In this document: positions 34,846 through 46,311 of the stretch, in pieces
Position numbering within the stretch: position 1 is the stretch's first letter
Layout of the letters: every line of letters starts with the position of its first letter
From: an uncultured Alphaproteobacteria bacterium
GTDB lineage: Bacteria > Pseudomonadota > Alphaproteobacteria > RF32 > CAG-239
NCBI GenBank assembly: GCA_944391715.1
Contig: CALXUP010000008.1
Location: forward strand, 1,036-65,035
DNA length: 64,000 nt
Direction: 5' to 3'
Made by a program: the position numbers and the translations under genes
The notes under the pieces: model-generated
What the model was told of the DNA's origin: nothing
Databases searched by the model: none
What the model saw: the letters and a program-made list of their open reading frames with translations, nothing else

Positions 34846-37800
34846 TTAGGCTTCATCATTAAGCAATTCGACGTTCAGGCACAACGATTTGATTTCTTTA
34901 ACCAAAACGTTGAAGGATTCCGGAATACCGGCTTCAAAACCGTCATCACCGCGAACAATTGCCTCATAAACTTTCGTACGTCCGTTAACGTCATCGGATT
35001 TAACGGTGAGCATCTCCTGCAGGGTGTAGGCAGCACCGTAAGCCTGCAAAGCCCAAACTTCCATTTCACCGAAACGCTGGCCGCCGAATTGAGCCTTACC
35101 GCCCAGCGGCTGCTGGGTAACCAGGCTGTACGGACCGACGGAACGTGCGTGCATTTTCTCGTCAACAATGTGGTGCAGCTTAATCATATAGATGATACCG
35201 ACGGTAACCTTACGGTCAAATTTCTCACCGGTACGGCCGTCATACAGGTCAATCTGACCGGAAGTCGGCAACCCTGCCAGAGAAAGCATACGGTTGATAT
35301 CGTCTTCGTGAGCGCCGTCAAATACCGGAGTAGCCGTCGGCACACCGTTTTTGAGGTTGGAAATCATTTCCAGTTTCTCGGCTTCGCTCATCGGAACAAT
35401 ATCTCGCTTATACTGTTTTTCACCGTAAATTTCTTTCAGACGGTTGTTCAGTTCATCAATAGTCTTTTCACCGCGTTTGTACTGCTCACACATTTCGTTA
35501 AGCTGTTGGCCGAGTTCTTTAGCCGCCCAGCCCAGGTGGGTTTCCAAAATCTGTCCGACATTCATACGGGAAGGCACACCCAACGGGTTCAACACAATGT
35601 CAACCGGTGTACCGTCTTCCATATACGGCATGTCTTCAAGTTTCAGAACACGGGAAATCGTACCTTTGTTACCGTGGCGTCCGGCAATCTTATCACCGGA
35701 TTGAATCTTACGTTTGGTCGCAATGAAAACTTTAACCATTTTCAAAACGCCCGGCAGCAGATCATCACCGCGTTGAACTTTTTCAACCTTGTCTTCAAAA
35801 TGCTTCTGAATCTTCTCATTGCGGGCATCAAAAGCAGCCAGCAATTCTTCGATTCTGGCCATAACCTCTTCGTCTTTGACCACAATCTTACGCCATTGCG
35901 AAGACGGAACGGCAGCCAAAACTTCTTCGGTAACAACCGCATTTTTAGAAATACCTTTCGGTGCGTCAACCACGGTCTGTCCAAGCAGCATTGACTTCAA
36001 ACGGGCTTCAAAGTTCTTGCGGATAATTGCCAGCTCATCGTCGCGGTCTTTTGCCAGATTGGAAATTTCTTCCTGTTCGATGGACAAAGCACGCTCGTCT
36101 TTCTCAACGCCGCGGCGGGAGAAGACGTGAACGTCGACGACAATACCTTCAATACCCGGCTGAACACGCAGAGATGTATCGCGAACATCAGAGGCTTTTT
36201 CGCCAAAGATGGCACGCAGCAGTTTTTCTTCCGGCGTAACCGGCGATTCGCCCTTCGGCGTAACCTTACCGACCAGAATATCACCGGCCTTAACTTCAGC
36301 GCCGATATAAACGATACCGGCTTCGTCAAGGTTGCGCAAAGCTTCTTCACCGACGTTCGGAATATCGCGGGTAATTTCTTCCTGACCGAGCTTGGTATCA
36401 CGCGCCATAACTTCAAATTCTTCAATATGCAAAGAAGTAAAGACGTCATCGCGGGAAATTCTCTCGGACAGCAAAATTGCGTCTTCATAGTTCAAACCGT
36501 TCCACGGCATAAACGCAACCAGCACGTTTTTACCGAGAGCCAGCTCGCCCATATCGGTACAAGGACCGTCAGCCATAATGTCGCCGGCCTTAACCTCGTC
36601 GCCGACCTTAACCAGCGGAACCTGGTTAATGCAGGTATTCTGGTTGGAACGGCGGAATTTTTGCAGTTTGTAAATCTCAACACCGACGTCTTTGGTATCT
36701 TCGTTATGAGAACGAACCACAATACGGTTGGCATCAACCGCATCGACAACGCCGTCATATTTACAAACGACCGTCGCACCGGAATCTTTGGCAACAGCGG
36801 CTTCCATGCCGGTACCGACCAACGGAGCTTCCGAACGCAGCAAAGGAACGCCCTGGCGCTGCATGTTAGAACCCATCAATGCACGGTTTGCGTCATCGTT
36901 TTCCAGGAACGGAATCAAAGCCGTTGCAACCGAAACCAGCTGTTTCGGAGAAACGTCAATAAAGTCAATTTCTTCCGGATGAGCATATTCAAATTCACCG
37001 GCTTTGCGGCAGGCAATCAGCTCGTCTTCAAAATGGCCGTCGTCTTTAACTTTGGCGTTTGCTTCGGCGATTTTGAACTTGCCTTCCTCATCGGCTGACA
37101 GATAAACAACATCCGACGTAACCTTGCCGTTAACAACCTTGCGGTACGGACATTCAATAAAGCCGTATTTGTTAATGCGGGCATAAGTCGACAGCGAGTT
37201 AATCAAACCGATGTTCGGACCTTCCGGCGTCTCAATCGGGCAGATACGGCCGTAATGGGTCGGATGCACGTCGCGAACTTCAAAGCCTGCACGGTCACGG
37301 GACAAACCGCCCGGTCCCAATGCGGACAAACGGCGTTTGTGCGTAATTTCGGACAACGGGTTGTTCTGATCCATAAACTGCGACAACTGCGAAGAACCAA
37401 AGAACTCGCGGATAACGGCGGCAATCGGTTTGGCATTGACCAAATCCTGCGGCTTAACGTTAGCCAGAACTTCGGAAGACATTCTTTCGCGAATGGCTCT
37501 TTCCATACGCAGCAAACCCATACGATATTGATTTTCCATCAGTTCGCCGACCGAACGGACGCGGCGGTTGCCGAGGTGATCAATATCATCAACTTCGCCT
37601 TTGCCGTCACGCAGCTCAACCAGGCGTTTGACAATGCGCAAAATATCATCGGCGCGCAACGTTCTCAAAGTATCCGGAGCTTCCTCAAACGGAATATCCA
37701 GAGCCACATTCATCTTAACACGGCCGACCGATGAAAGGTCATAACGTTCCAAATCAAAAAACAGGGATTTGAACAACTGTTCGGCCGTTTCCAATGTCGG

Positions 37801-39030
37801 CGGTTCACCCGGGCGCATAACACGATAAATATCAAGCAAAGCCTCTTCGCGGCAGGAGTTTTTATCGGCTGCCAGCGTATTGCGGATATACGGACCGACA
37901 TTAACGCCGTCAATGTAAAGGGTATTAACCTCATTGACTTTGGCAGCGGCAATTTTACCCAACAATTCTTCGGTAATTTCATCACCGGCCTCGGCAATAA
38001 CCTCGCCGCTTTTCTTCTCAACAATTTCGTTAGCCAGGAACTTGCCGAGCATTTGTTTGGCATCGACCTTATAATATTCCAGACCTTCATCGGCAAGTTT
38101 CTGAGCCGTCCTCTGTGTCAGCTTTTTACCCTGCTCCAGCACAACGTCTCCGGTTTTGGCATTAACCAGGTCAAAGTCAAATTTAACGCCTTTCATTCTT
38201 TCCGGAACAAACTTGGCCTTCCAGGCTTTTTTATCGGCAATAAAGGTATCAATATCATAGAAATAAGCCAAAATCTCTTCTTTGGACATTCCTTTGATTT
38301 CAGACGGATCAATCTTCTTGCCTTCTTTGGCCAGCTTTTTGATTTTTTCTTCAGTTTCTTTGGAATACAAAGAATACAAGATAGATGTTACCGGCAGTTT
38401 GCGGCGGCGGTCAATACGGGCATACAGCAGGTCTTTGGCATCAAATTCAAAATCCAGCCAGGAACCGCGGTACGGAATAATACGGGCGGCAAACAAATAT
38501 TTACCGGAAGAAACGGTCTTGCCTTTGTCATGGTCAAAGAACACACCCGGAGAACGGTGCATCTGAGAAACGACAACACGTTCGGTACCATTGAAAATAA
38601 AGGTACCTTTGTCCGTCATCAACGGAATATCACCCATATAAACGTCTTGTTCCTTAATGTCATGGATAGACTTTGCCCCGGTGGCTTCATCCGTATCCCA
38701 AACCACCAAACGCAGCGTAGCCTTAATCGGAGCGGCATAAGTCATATCGCGCTTAATGCACTCTTCCACGTCATATTTCGGCTCTTCGAGCTCATATTTC
38801 ACAAATTCAAGCTCACCGTTACCGGAAAAATCTTTGATGGGAAAAACAGATTTGAAAACTTCTTCCAAACCAAATTCGCATTTCTCTGCATTTTTATCAG
38901 CTTCAATAAAGCTGTTATAAGAACCGGTTTGAACTTCGATTAAACTCGGCATTTCCGACACGGCGTCGATTTTGCCGAAGTTTCTTCTTACACGTCTTTT
39001 GCTCGTATAAGATGTCAGCATATACTTCAA
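34846..39030 (-). CDS. rpoB: DNA-directed RNA polymerase subunit beta
   Basis: 1394 aa with the rif region [30 protein letters not shown] and GRHGNKG. Confidence 0.99.
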   Translation of the reverse strand: MKYMLTSYTSKRRVRRNFGKIDAVSEMPSLIEVQTGSYNSFIEADKNAEKCEFGLEEVFKSVFPIKDFSGNGELEFVKYELEEPKYDVEECIKRDMTYAAPIKATLRLVVWDTDEATGAKSIHDIKEQDVYMGDIPLMTDKGTFIFNGTERVVVSQMHRSPGVFFDHDKGKTVSSGKYLFAARIIPYRGSWLDFEFDAKDLLYARIDRRRKLPVTSILYSLYSKETEEKIKKLAKEGKKIDPSEIKGMSKEEILAYFYDIDTFIADKKAWKAKFVPERMKGVKFDFDLVNAKTGDVVLEQGKKLTQRTAQKLADEGLEYYKVDAKQMLGKFLANEIVEKKSGEVIAEAGDEITEELLGKIAAAKVNEVNTLYIDGVNVGPYIRNTLAADKNSCREEALLDIYRVMRPGEPPTLETAEQLFKSLFFDLERYDLSSVGRVKMNVALDIPFEEAPDTLRTLRADDILRIVKRLVELRDGKGEVDDIDHLGNRRVRSVGELMENQYRMGLLRMERAIRERMSSEVLANVKPQDLVNAKPIAAVIREFFGSSQLSQFMDQNNPLSEITHKRRLSALGPGGLSRDRAGFEVRDVHPTHYGRICPIETPEGPNIGLINSLSTYARINKYGFIECPYRKVVNGKVTSDVVYLSADEEGKFKIAEANAKVKDDGHFEDELIACRKAGEFEYAHPEEIDFIDVSPKQLVSVATALIPFLENDDANRALMGSNMQRQGVPLLRSEAPLVGTGMEAAVAKDSGATVVCKYDGVVDAVDANRIVVRSHNEDTKDVGVEIYKLQKFRRSNQNTCINQVPLVKVGDEVKAGDIMADGPCTDMGELALGKNVLVAFMPWNGLNYEDAILLSERISRDDVFTSLHIEEFEVMARDTKLGQEEITRDIPNVGEEALRNLDEAGIVYIGAEVKAGDILVGKVTPKGESPVTPEEKLLRAIFGEKASDVRDTSLRVQPGIEGIVVDVHVFSRRGVEKDERALSIEQEEISNLAKDRDDELAIIRKNFEARLKSMLLGQTVVDAPKGISKNAVVTEEVLAAVPSSQWRKIVVKDEEVMARIEELLAAFDARNEKIQKHFEDKVEKVQRGDDLLPGVLKMVKVFIATKRKIQSGDKIAGRHGNKGTISRVLKLEDMPYMEDGTPVDIVLNPLGVPSRMNVGQILETHLGWAAKELGQQLNEMCEQYKRGEKTIDELNNRLKEIYGEKQYKRDIVPMSEAEKLEMISNLKNGVPTATPVFDGAHEDDINRMLSLAGLPTSGQIDLYDGRTGEKFDRKVTVGIIYMIKLHHIVDEKMHARSVGPYSLVTQQPLGGKAQFGGQRFGEMEVWALQAYGAAYTLQEMLTVKSDDVNGRTKVYEAIVRGDDGFEAGIPESFNVLVKEIKSLCLNVELLNDEA

Positions 39031-39463
39031 TCCCTATAAGTTAGATTCTGCGACAATACCGTTGGATGACTCCAAACCCCGACCGCAGAAGGTTGTCAAA
39101 AATCGATTTTTAAAGGCGGGAACCCTGCCGAACCCCCGAATAAAAAATTCACTCGGCAGCGATTCGCAGAATAATAAATTTTAAATTCGTCTACTTTTAT
39201 ACCACTGAGTCTAAAATTGCAAGCACAATTATCACTAAAGAGGCAAGTTTTTTAACATCAAACTTAACATCTTTTTAACCTAAGCGATTCAAATTTCTTA
39301 TTTATTGTTTTTCAGAGCGTTATATCTAAGCCTCAACATTTTTCCGTTAAGATTCAGCTAATTTTGTCTCTCCCGTGTTAGTTTCACAAAAAACAATCTT
39401 CATAAATTGACAAATATAAGGAAATATACTATAGCATAAGGACAAAACCAATTATTAAAACTT

Positions 39464-40030
39464 ATGATTATGGAAACAATTATTATTTGCTGGCTTGCAC
39501 CTACTTGTGCGTATATCGGCGGCCTAATGTTAGCGGTATGTAACCAATATGGTAAAAACTCAAAAAGACGTTACCTGTTGTTTCTCAAAATTCTGCTCAG
39601 TATTTACTTCTTAATCTCATTAATCTTGGGATATTGGGGAAGTATGCACGGCATAACAGGACAAGAATATTCGTTCTGGTCAGGTTTGCTGGGCGCCGTA
39701 GCTATGGCTGTTCCCGCCTATCTGGGATATTCTGCCGGATATCCTAAATATTTGTTCTGTTACAAAAAATGGGAAGGACTAACTTTCAGCAACAAAGCAA
39801 ATTTTTTAGCCAACGTAATATATCTGGCTTTCTTTATTGCAGGTCTGATTTTGTGGAAGATTAAAATCGGATTAATAATCCCGGCCGCATTTTTTTGGAC
39901 AGCACTTGCTGCCGCCGTTGTCTTGATGATCGTCTGGGGAGTTATCATTTTTTGTGTTGTTCTGATAAGTGGAATTGTTTTTGCTTTCTATACACTGGCA
40001 AAAATCTATCATGAATGGCTTAAAGATTAA
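39464..40030 (+). CDS. hypothetical polytopic membrane protein (188 aa) on the opposite strand, inside the rplL-rpoB spacer
   Basis: About 6 hydrophobic segments. Followed by a clean terminator. Confidence 0.55.
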   Translation: MIMETIIICWLAPTCAYIGGLMLAVCNQYGKNSKRRYLLFLKILLSIYFLISLILGYWGSMHGITGQEYSFWSGLLGAVAMAVPAYLGYSAGYPKYLFCYKKWEGLTFSNKANFLANVIYLAFFIAGLILWKIKIGLIIPAAFFWTALAAAVVLMIVWGVIIFCVVLISGIVFAFYTLAKIYHEWLKD

Positions 40031-40043
40031 AAAGATTAAGAAA

Positions 40044-40073
40044 AACTCCGGAATCCCTTTCCGGAGTTTTTTG
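40044..40073 (+). terminator. intrinsic terminator
   Basis: Stem aactccgg (40044-40051) / ccggagtt (40061-40068) plus a T-run. Confidence 0.75.
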
Positions 40074-40077
40074 CATT

Positions 40078-40445
40078 TTTCACTCACCAAACAGTAAAAG
40101 TTCAAGATTTGGAACTTATAGCGTAAAAAACAAAGCGGTCAAAATTCTAGTAATCGCTAAGGAAAAATAACAACGATTTGTTATTTTTCTCTGCAAGGTC
40201 TTGACTTTCTTAATGAGAAAAGGATTGTGACAACTTCCTTTTCGAATTTAGAAACTCAAGCTGCACGGTACATGAATTTTGACCGTTCTGCAGTTTTTTC
40301 ACTGCCGCAAACAATAAAAGTTCGAAGAACAGTTTAGATAGAGTTAAAATAAAAAAGGAGAAAATTTTAATGTACAACGAGGTACATGAATTTTCTCCTT
40401 TTGCAATTTTAGCTCTAGATGAACTGTTATGCGAACTTTTAATTA
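40078..40445. repeat. nested palindromic / direct repeat block in the rplL-rpoB spacer
   Basis: Direct repeat ttttcact.cc.aaaca.taaaagttc.aga at 40078-40108 and 40297-40328. Inverted repeats at 40134-40146/40273-40285 and 40313-40342/40413-40443. Inner hairpin at 40353-40366/40389-40402. Confidence 0.8.
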
Positions 40446-40814
40446 CTTGAGTTCAACCTTAGCCCCAGCCTCTTCCAACTTCTTCTTCATTTCTTCGGCT
40501 TCAGCTTTGGCAACGCCTTCTTTGATCGTCTTCGGAGCACCGTCAACCAGATCTTTGGCTTCTTTCAGACCCAATTGAGTAATAGCGCGGATTTCCTTAA
40601 TAACGTTAATTTTGTTAGCGCCGGCTTCAGCAAGAATAACATCAAATTCTGTTTTTTCTTCTTCAGCAGCACCTGCGGCAGCACCACCGGCAGCTACGGC
40701 AACGGCAGCAGCGGCAGAAACGCCCCATTTTTCTTCCAACATTTTAGACAGGTCAGCAGCTTCCATAACGGTCAAAGCTGACAATTCATCAACTAATTTG
40801 GCTAAATCGGCCAT
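40443..40814 (-). CDS. rplL: 50S ribosomal protein L7/L12
   Basis: 123 aa starting [22 protein letters not shown], with an Ala-rich hinge and ending ...EAGAKVELK. Confidence 0.98.
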   Translation of the reverse strand: MADLAKLVDELSALTVMEAADLSKMLEEKWGVSAAAAVAVAAGGAAAGAAEEEKTEFDVILAEAGANKINVIKEIRAITQLGLKEAKDLVDGAPKTIKEGVAKAEAEEMKKKLEEAGAKVELK

Positions 40815-40974
40815 ATTTTTTCTCCAATAAATAAATTAAATCTTAAATTCTAAAAATTAATATCACAACAATTTTGCATTTTAGGCGAGGCAATGCACCA
40901 TAAGTTTTGAGCGAAACGTACAATAGAGTACATAGGCAAAAAACTCACAAACAGAACCTGCATAAAACCAAAAT

Positions 40975-41457
40975 TTAAGCAGCTTCTTTTTCGCTGTAAG
41001 CCTTGGTAACTCTTGCCAACTGAGCTCCCGGAGCCTGCAACAGACCAATAATCTTGGCGCGCAGTTCGTCCATGGAAGGAATGGTGGCCAGCTTGTTGAT
41101 TTCGGCAACGGAGAGAACGCCCGTTCCCATCGCACCGCCGACAACAATCAGCTTCTCATTGGTTTTGGCAAATTGAACACAAGCTTTGCAGGCCGAAACC
41201 GGATCATTGGCGAAAGCAATTGCCGTCGGACCTTTGAACAAGTCAGTCAGGCCTTCAAATTTTGTGTCTTTAAGAGCAAGACGAGTGATACGATTTTTAG
41301 TAACTCTAAAGCCAGCGCCTGCTTTTCTGATATTGTCGCGCAATTCCGAAACCTCGGCCACAGTCAGACCTTTATAGTGCGAAACGACTATAATTTCGGC
41401 ATTGTTAAACAACTCATTCAGTTCGCTGAGCAATTGTGCTTTTTCTTCGCGATTCAC
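40975..41457 (-). CDS. rplJ: 50S ribosomal protein L10
   Basis: I place the start at a GTG (41455-41457) preceded by GGAGAC, giving VNREEKAQLL... The track ORF carries a 21-codon non-L10 extension. Confidence 0.92.
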   Translation of the reverse strand: MNREEKAQLLSELNELFNNAEIIVVSHYKGLTVAEVSELRDNIRKAGAGFRVTKNRITRLALKDTKFEGLTDLFKGPTAIAFANDPVSACKACVQFAKTNEKLIVVGGAMGTGVLSVAEINKLATIPSMDELRAKIIGLLQAPGAQLARVTKAYSEKEAA

Positions 41458-41720
41458 TAATTGTCTCCAATAAAAACATTGCTCATCACAATGCATTTCA
41501 ACACTTAACCGCCAAGACAAAAAGGTTAGAAAATTTAATTTGCTTAATCTCCCAACCGCCTCAGCGGGACCTAATCTGTCCAGGAGAAAAAAGATATTAA
41601 AATGTCTCTACTCCCGTCTGCGTAGGATATTTAAGATATGCCCGTTTTTTATGCCGGTTTTCCGGCTTTTCCGGTCAGACCACCTACGGTCTTGGACAGT
41701 TTTCAGAAAATTATCCGGTT
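41458..41720 (-). promoter_or_regulatory. candidate rplJ (L10) leader / 5' UTR
   Basis: Unusually long rplA-rplJ spacer (430 nt) with hairpins, e.g. agacc-gtaggt-ggtct near 41680. L10 operons commonly carry an autoregulatory leader. I could not verify the class. Confidence 0.3.
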
Positions 41721-41947
41721 CTTTAACGAACTCTTGTTAGAATTTTCTGAAGAGCGGGCGGTGATAAAGCTCACCACCCAAAACTTTCTTATGCTTTGTA
41801 AAATTTGTCTGCGTTTTTTTAATCAATCAAACCATCTATGGCTTTGATAAAATGCTTTGCTACGCAGTTGATTTTGAGTGAAGTGTACAAAAAAGTACAT
41901 AAACGAAAAATCAACAAGTATGAAAGTATTTTTGCAAAGCCCCTATC

Positions 41948-42631
41948 TTACAAAGCGGAAGAATCAACCTTCAAACCAACACCCATCGTGCTGCTCAAAG
42001 AAATCTTCTTCATATAAACGCCTTTGGCACCGGCAGGTTTTGCCTTGATGATAGCATCAATAAAGGTTTTGGCGTTGTCATAAATCTGCTCTTCGCTAAA
42101 GCTTGCTTTGGCGATACCGGCATGAACAATACCGTTTTTCTCAACACGATATTGAACTTCACCGGCTTTGGCCTTTTTAACGGCATTGGCAACATCCGTC
42201 GTTACCGTACCCAGTTTCGGGTTCGGCATCAGTCCTTTCGGACCGAGAACGCGGGCAACGCGGCCGGCCAGGCCCATCATATCCGGCGTAGCGATACATC
42301 TGTCAAAATCAATCTTTCCGGACAAAATGGAATCAATCAGATTCTCGGCACCGACGATATCAGCACCGGCGGCTTTAGCCTCATCAGCTTTTTCGCCCTG
42401 AGCCAAAACGGCAACGCGAACGGTTTTGCCGTTTCCGTGCGGCAGAGAGCATACGCCGCGAACCATCTGGTCGGCATGTTTCGGATCAACACCCAGATTG
42501 ATAGCCAAATCAATCGTTTCGTCAAACTTGGCTTTTGCATTTTCTTTAACGAGCTTAACAGCATCTTTCAGAGAATAGCTCTGCATTTTATCAACTGTTT
42601 TATAAGCATTTACAATTCTTTTTCCGTGCAT
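41948..42631 (-). CDS. rplA: 50S ribosomal protein L1
   Basis: 227 aa containing [23 protein letters not shown]. Confidence 0.97.
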   Translation of the reverse strand: MHGKRIVNAYKTVDKMQSYSLKDAVKLVKENAKAKFDETIDLAINLGVDPKHADQMVRGVCSLPHGNGKTVRVAVLAQGEKADEAKAAGADIVGAENLIDSILSGKIDFDRCIATPDMMGLAGRVARVLGPKGLMPNPKLGTVTTDVANAVKKAKAGEVQYRVEKNGIVHAGIAKASFSEEQIYDNAKTFIDAIIKAKPAGAKGVYMKKISLSSTMGVGLKVDSSAL

Positions 42632-42635
42632 AGCC

Positions 42636-43073
42636 TTACTCCACTACCTTAACACCCATAGAACGAGCCTGACCTTTAACCATATTCATAGCGGCTTCGA
42701 CTGTCGAGCAGTTCAAATCCGGCAATTTGGCTTCGGCGATTTCCTTAACCTGAGCCAGAGTCAGCTGACCGGCAACAGATTTGCTGGGTTCTTTGGAACC
42801 GCTCTTAATATTGGCGGCTTTTTTAATGTAGAAAGAAACCGGCGGCAGTTTGGTAACAAAAGTAAAACTCTTGTCTTCAAAAGCCGTAATGATAACCGGT
42901 ACCGGAATTCCCGGCTCCATTTTCTGGGTAGCAGCATTAAAAGCTTTGCAGAATTCCATAATATTCAAGCCTTTTTGGCCCAGAGCCGGACCAACTGGAG
43001 GAGAAGGATTAGCTTTTCCTGCAGGGATCTGAAGCTTGATTAATCCTAAAATTTTCTTTTTAGTTTTAGCCAT
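42636..43073 (-). CDS. rplK: 50S ribosomal protein L11
   Basis: 145 aa containing [34 protein letters not shown]. Confidence 0.98.
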   Translation of the reverse strand: MAKTKKKILGLIKLQIPAGKANPSPPVGPALGQKGLNIMEFCKAFNAATQKMEPGIPVPVIITAFEDKSFTFVTKLPPVSFYIKKAANIKSGSKEPSKSVAGQLTLAQVKEIAEAKLPDLNCSTVEAAMNMVKGQARSMGVKVVE

Positions 43074-43379
43074 TTCATACCTCTGTTTAGGGTCGTGGTA
43101 CAGGGCGATGGCCCGCCTCCCACGAAATTATTACAATACGATTCGCGCTCTTAAAGACAGAATCCCGCCTTCAAGAGTCGCCTCTGTATACCACAAACAT
43201 TTAAAATTACAAGCACTTTTTTAAATTTTCTTCATTTTGAGTCGCATTTCAGCCCTAATGCATTGAAAAGACTCGCTCTCGCAGCGCAACATCCGTCCAT
43301 TTTTGACAAAATCCTTGCACATCCGATAAGATTGGTATATACTACAAGTACTATTTTATTATTCTTAAATAATTTTTTT

Positions 43380-43862
43380 ATGGAACATGGTATCGTCAGA
43401 TACGGCTTTGCCCAAGGTTCTGTATATCAGGCCACCGTATCAAAAATCGAAAATGACCGGGTATTTTTCAAAATCAAAAACCCGTTGGGAGAGACCTTCC
43501 AGGCTGCCTATTTTGTCAGCGGAGGAAAGATGAACCTGCATAAGGTTTTTAAAAAGGGAAATCTAACGGAAGTTGCCGTAGTCAGCCATTGCAATCCTAG
43601 CAAAACCCACTACGGACTGCATCTTCTGGTTTCGCCAAAAGTATTGCCGACCGACGAGTACATTGATGCCCATGCCGTAGGCAGTATCGTAAAAGCGACA
43701 ATAGAGTCGTTCCAGGGTTCCCTGATGATTCTGCGCCTGGCCGACAACGTTTTTTGCCTTGTCAAACGTTGTAAAAGAGCCAAAACGGGTAAGGAAATCG
43801 CTTGCAAAATAGAACGGTATAATTCTAACAAACGGACAATATCCGTTAAAGTTTTGCAATAA
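43380..43862 (+). CDS. hypothetical protein with S1/OB-fold-like repeats (about 160 aa from the ATG at 43380)
   Basis: The second half, VGSIVKATIESFQGSLMILRLADNVFCLVKR...GKEIACKIERYNSNKRTISVKV, fits the S1-domain pattern. It is on the opposite strand between rplK and nusG. Confidence 0.45.
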   Translation: MEHGIVRYGFAQGSVYQATVSKIENDRVFFKIKNPLGETFQAAYFVSGGKMNLHKVFKKGNLTEVAVVSHCNPSKTHYGLHLLVSPKVLPTDEYIDAHAVGSIVKATIESFQGSLMILRLADNVFCLVKRCKRAKTGKEIACKIERYNSNKRTISVKVLQ

Positions 43863-43917
43863 ACAACAAAAAACATCCCCGGCAACGCCGAGGATGTTTT
43901 TTTTACATTCAACAAAA

Positions 43918-44451
43918 TTAGGAAACTTTCTCAACCTGAGAAAATTCCAATTCTACCGGCGTAGAACGTCCGAAAATGGAAACCGACACTTTCAGGCGGG
44001 ATTTTTCCAAATCAACTTCTTCAACCAATCCGATGAAAGATGCAAATGGACCGTCGCAAACCCGGATTTGCTCGCCGACTTCATAATCGACCACCGTCTG
44101 CGGACGCTCAATACCTTCCTGCATCTGGGTAATAATCCGCTGCGCCTCGGCTTCGGTAATCGGAAACGGCTTGTTTCTGCTGCCGAGGAAATTTGTTACT
44201 TTCGGATTATTCTTAATCAGATGCCATGCATCATCGGTCATAATCATTTTAACCAGGATATATCCCGGAAAGAACTTGCGTTCGCTGCTGACCTTGGTGC
44301 CTTTCTTAACCTCAACAACCTCTTCGGTCGGCACCATAATATCCAAAATCTTATCGTCCATTTTTTTCAAAACGGCTTGTTCTTTAATCGATTCGGCCAC
44401 TTTTTTCTCCGAACCGGAATGAACGTTTACAACATACCAGCGAGCATCCAT
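43918..44451 (-). CDS. nusG: transcription termination/antitermination factor NusG
   Basis: 177 aa starting [14 protein letters not shown], with a KOW motif ([16 protein letters not shown]). Confidence 0.97.
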   Translation of the reverse strand: MDARWYVVNVHSGSEKKVAESIKEQAVLKKMDDKILDIMVPTEEVVEVKKGTKVSSERKFFPGYILVKMIMTDDAWHLIKNNPKVTNFLGSRNKPFPITEAEAQRIITQMQEGIERPQTVVDYEVGEQIRVCDGPFASFIGLVEEVDLEKSRLKVSVSIFGRSTPVELEFSQVEKVS

Positions 44452-44454
44452 ACC

Positions 44455-44661
44455 CTATTCTCCAATCATAAAAATCTTCTGCACGCCCCAGCCCAAAATC
44501 TGGTCGACGACAAAGAAAAAGGCAGCTGCGATTGCCACAATGACCAAAACCATAATCGAGGTCTGTACAACCTCTTTTTTTGTAGGCCAGGTTACTTTTT
44601 TAACTTCCTGCTTCACCTGCCTGAAAAATTGTATCGGACTAACTTTTGCCATGGAACCCAT
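44455..44661 (-). CDS. secE: preprotein translocase subunit SecE
   Basis: 68 aa with FFRQVKQEVKKVTWPTKKEV followed by a single TM. Lies upstream of nusG. Confidence 0.93.
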   Translation of the reverse strand: MGSMAKVSPIQFFRQVKQEVKKVTWPTKKEVVQTSIMVLVIVAIAAAFFFVVDQILGWGVQKIFMIGE

Positions 44662-44881
44662 CCACCTATTTAAAATTAAACCATCTTCTATCTGACTTTT
44701 GCAGACAAATCTGCCTGTTTTTTATATCATTAATCCCGCCTTGTCAATCTTAAATTCAAAATCGCCCCGATATTCATGCGCTTTTTCTGCCCCTAAAATT
44801 TCTGCCAACACCCCTCATCCTCAAAACCAAATTTGAATCGCCTTAACAAAAAAGTTACCACTCTAAAAAACGGCCAATAAA

Positions 44882-44914
44882 AAAAACCGCCCTTTCGGAC
44901 GGCTCTTTTTATTG
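44882..44914. repeat. 33-nt direct repeat, copy A (hairpin terminator module)
   Basis: aaaaaccgccctttcggacggctctttttattg is identical to 46312-46344. On the minus strand it forms a gagccgtccgaaagggcgg hairpin plus T-run after the 142-aa gene. Confidence 0.9.
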
Positions 44915-44948
44915 CCAACACATTGGGCCACCCACAAATATCTGTCCC

Positions 44949-45377
44949 TTAGCCCACAAAAATAAATCCTTTTCTTTGTATAGGTTCCCATTCTTCACCT
45001 GGCTTTCCAATTTTAAGACCATTCCAAATTTCATATTTGCCTGAGCCAAAAAATTCTAAAGCCTTCTCTGAGACAATAGAAAGAACTTCTTCTGTTATAC
45101 TCTCAATGGGTACAAATTCTAAAGTTTTATAAAAAACTATTCTACCCGGTTTAATATACCCTCTTGTCAGATTTTCAAATTCGTCAAAAGATATTCCGAA
45201 ATCTTCTTGAAGATAAATTTTATGCTCCCTGACATCTTTAACATTTATTGCACATCTTCCATCATCAAGAAAAGCAAATGCAATACGGCTTTTATGAAAT
45301 TCATCAACCATTTTTTTCTCCTTAGGAGTTAATGCTATTTGCTTTCCGTTTATAATAGTTGTTTCGTTACAGGACAT
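44949..45377 (-). CDS. hypothetical protein (142 aa), cassette 1
   Basis: ORF 4 nt downstream of the transglutaminase-like gene. No recognisable motif. Confidence 0.55.
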   Translation of the reverse strand: MSCNETTIINGKQIALTPKEKKMVDEFHKSRIAFAFLDDGRCAINVKDVREHKIYLQEDFGISFDEFENLTRGYIKPGRIVFYKTLEFVPIESITEEVLSIVSEKALEFFGSGKYEIWNGLKIGKPGEEWEPIQRKGFIFVG

Positions 45378-45380
45378 ATT

Positions 45381-46175
45381 CTATAAGTTTCTTTCTTGTG
45401 AAATCGGTTGTTGAATATTATGTTTTGAAATAATAAACGATGGAAAAATATTAGCGCCATCTCCACAGCCATAATACCAACTTGTTTTTGTTAATATGTT
45501 TTTTGCCTCTAAAAATGCACAATTGCGCCTTACGCTCTGTGTATGGATTTTATTTTCAAATTGTTGTTTTTGAGCCTGTGTTGCCTCTATTGATGATATC
45601 CTGGGTAAGAACATTCCATTATAAGGAATGGGATTTGCAGGATCATAAAAATAATCATCTTTACCCGTTTTTATAGAAATAAAACTATGTGCTTCTCCAA
45701 AATCTTCTTCTAAAGAACGTAACAATTCACCACCAAAATATTTTGTTTCAAAACCACATTTTTGAAAATATGCCTGTGCTAAAATGGATATTTCAGCACA
45801 TTGACAAACGCCATCTTCAAACGATTGAGATAATTTTTTACTACCTTCTGTACCATAATATCCCTGTCTTTTTGATACATTTAAGGATAAATCAGGATAC
45901 ATTTTTCTTAAAACATTGTCAAAAGCATACATATGAGCAAATGTTTTAACATCAAAATCTGGAGCAACGCCATTTAACCATTTTTTCATGCTTTCATTAT
46001 TCTCAATATTTATTGCATTTTTTTTAACTTTTTGAAAAAAAACTTCAAAACTATCAATATCAGCCGTAATCTTAAGATCCAACTTACCTAAACAAGAACC
46101 TCCAATTAACACTTTATCATTGTTTTGAATATTAGATATACGACAATTTGTTTCATTTAGTTTTTCAAAATCCAT
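45381..46175 (-). CDS. transglutaminase-like (papain-fold) cysteine peptidase family protein, cassette 1
   Basis: Candidate Cys-His-Asp triad with typical spacing: GVCQCAEISILAQAYFQKCGF ... GEAHSFISI ... YFYDPANP. Confidence 0.5.
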   Translation of the reverse strand: MDFEKLNETNCRISNIQNNDKVLIGGSCLGKLDLKITADIDSFEVFFQKVKKNAINIENNESMKKWLNGVAPDFDVKTFAHMYAFDNVLRKMYPDLSLNVSKRQGYYGTEGSKKLSQSFEDGVCQCAEISILAQAYFQKCGFETKYFGGELLRSLEEDFGEAHSFISIKTGKDDYFYDPANPIPYNGMFLPRISSIEATQAQKQQFENKIHTQSVRRNCAFLEAKNILTKTSWYYGCGDGANIFPSFIISKHNIQQPISQERNL

Positions 46176-46311
46176 GATATATTCCTCATTTTTTTTAATT
46201 TAGTATCAGTATATCATGATTTTTATCGAATGTAAATTCGTAACCAGAAATGGCATATCAAATACTATCCATAATAACTAAGATAACCCTATTGATAACT
46301 TCATTAATGCA

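Noticed and set aside
40975-41520. Long form of the rplJ ORF starting MSWRLSVEMHCDEQ
   Set aside because: The L10 homology begins at VNREEKAQ (GTG at 41455-41457), which has a GGAG Shine-Dalgarno. The upstream part is leader sequence.
41540-41847. Small plus-strand ORFs (66 and 69 aa) in the rplA-rplJ spacer
   Set aside because: They have no RBS and a basic, low-complexity translation. The region is more plausibly the rplJ leader on the other strand.
43894-44673. 259-aa plus-strand ORF over nusG and secE
   Set aside because: It is an antisense shadow of two conserved genes.
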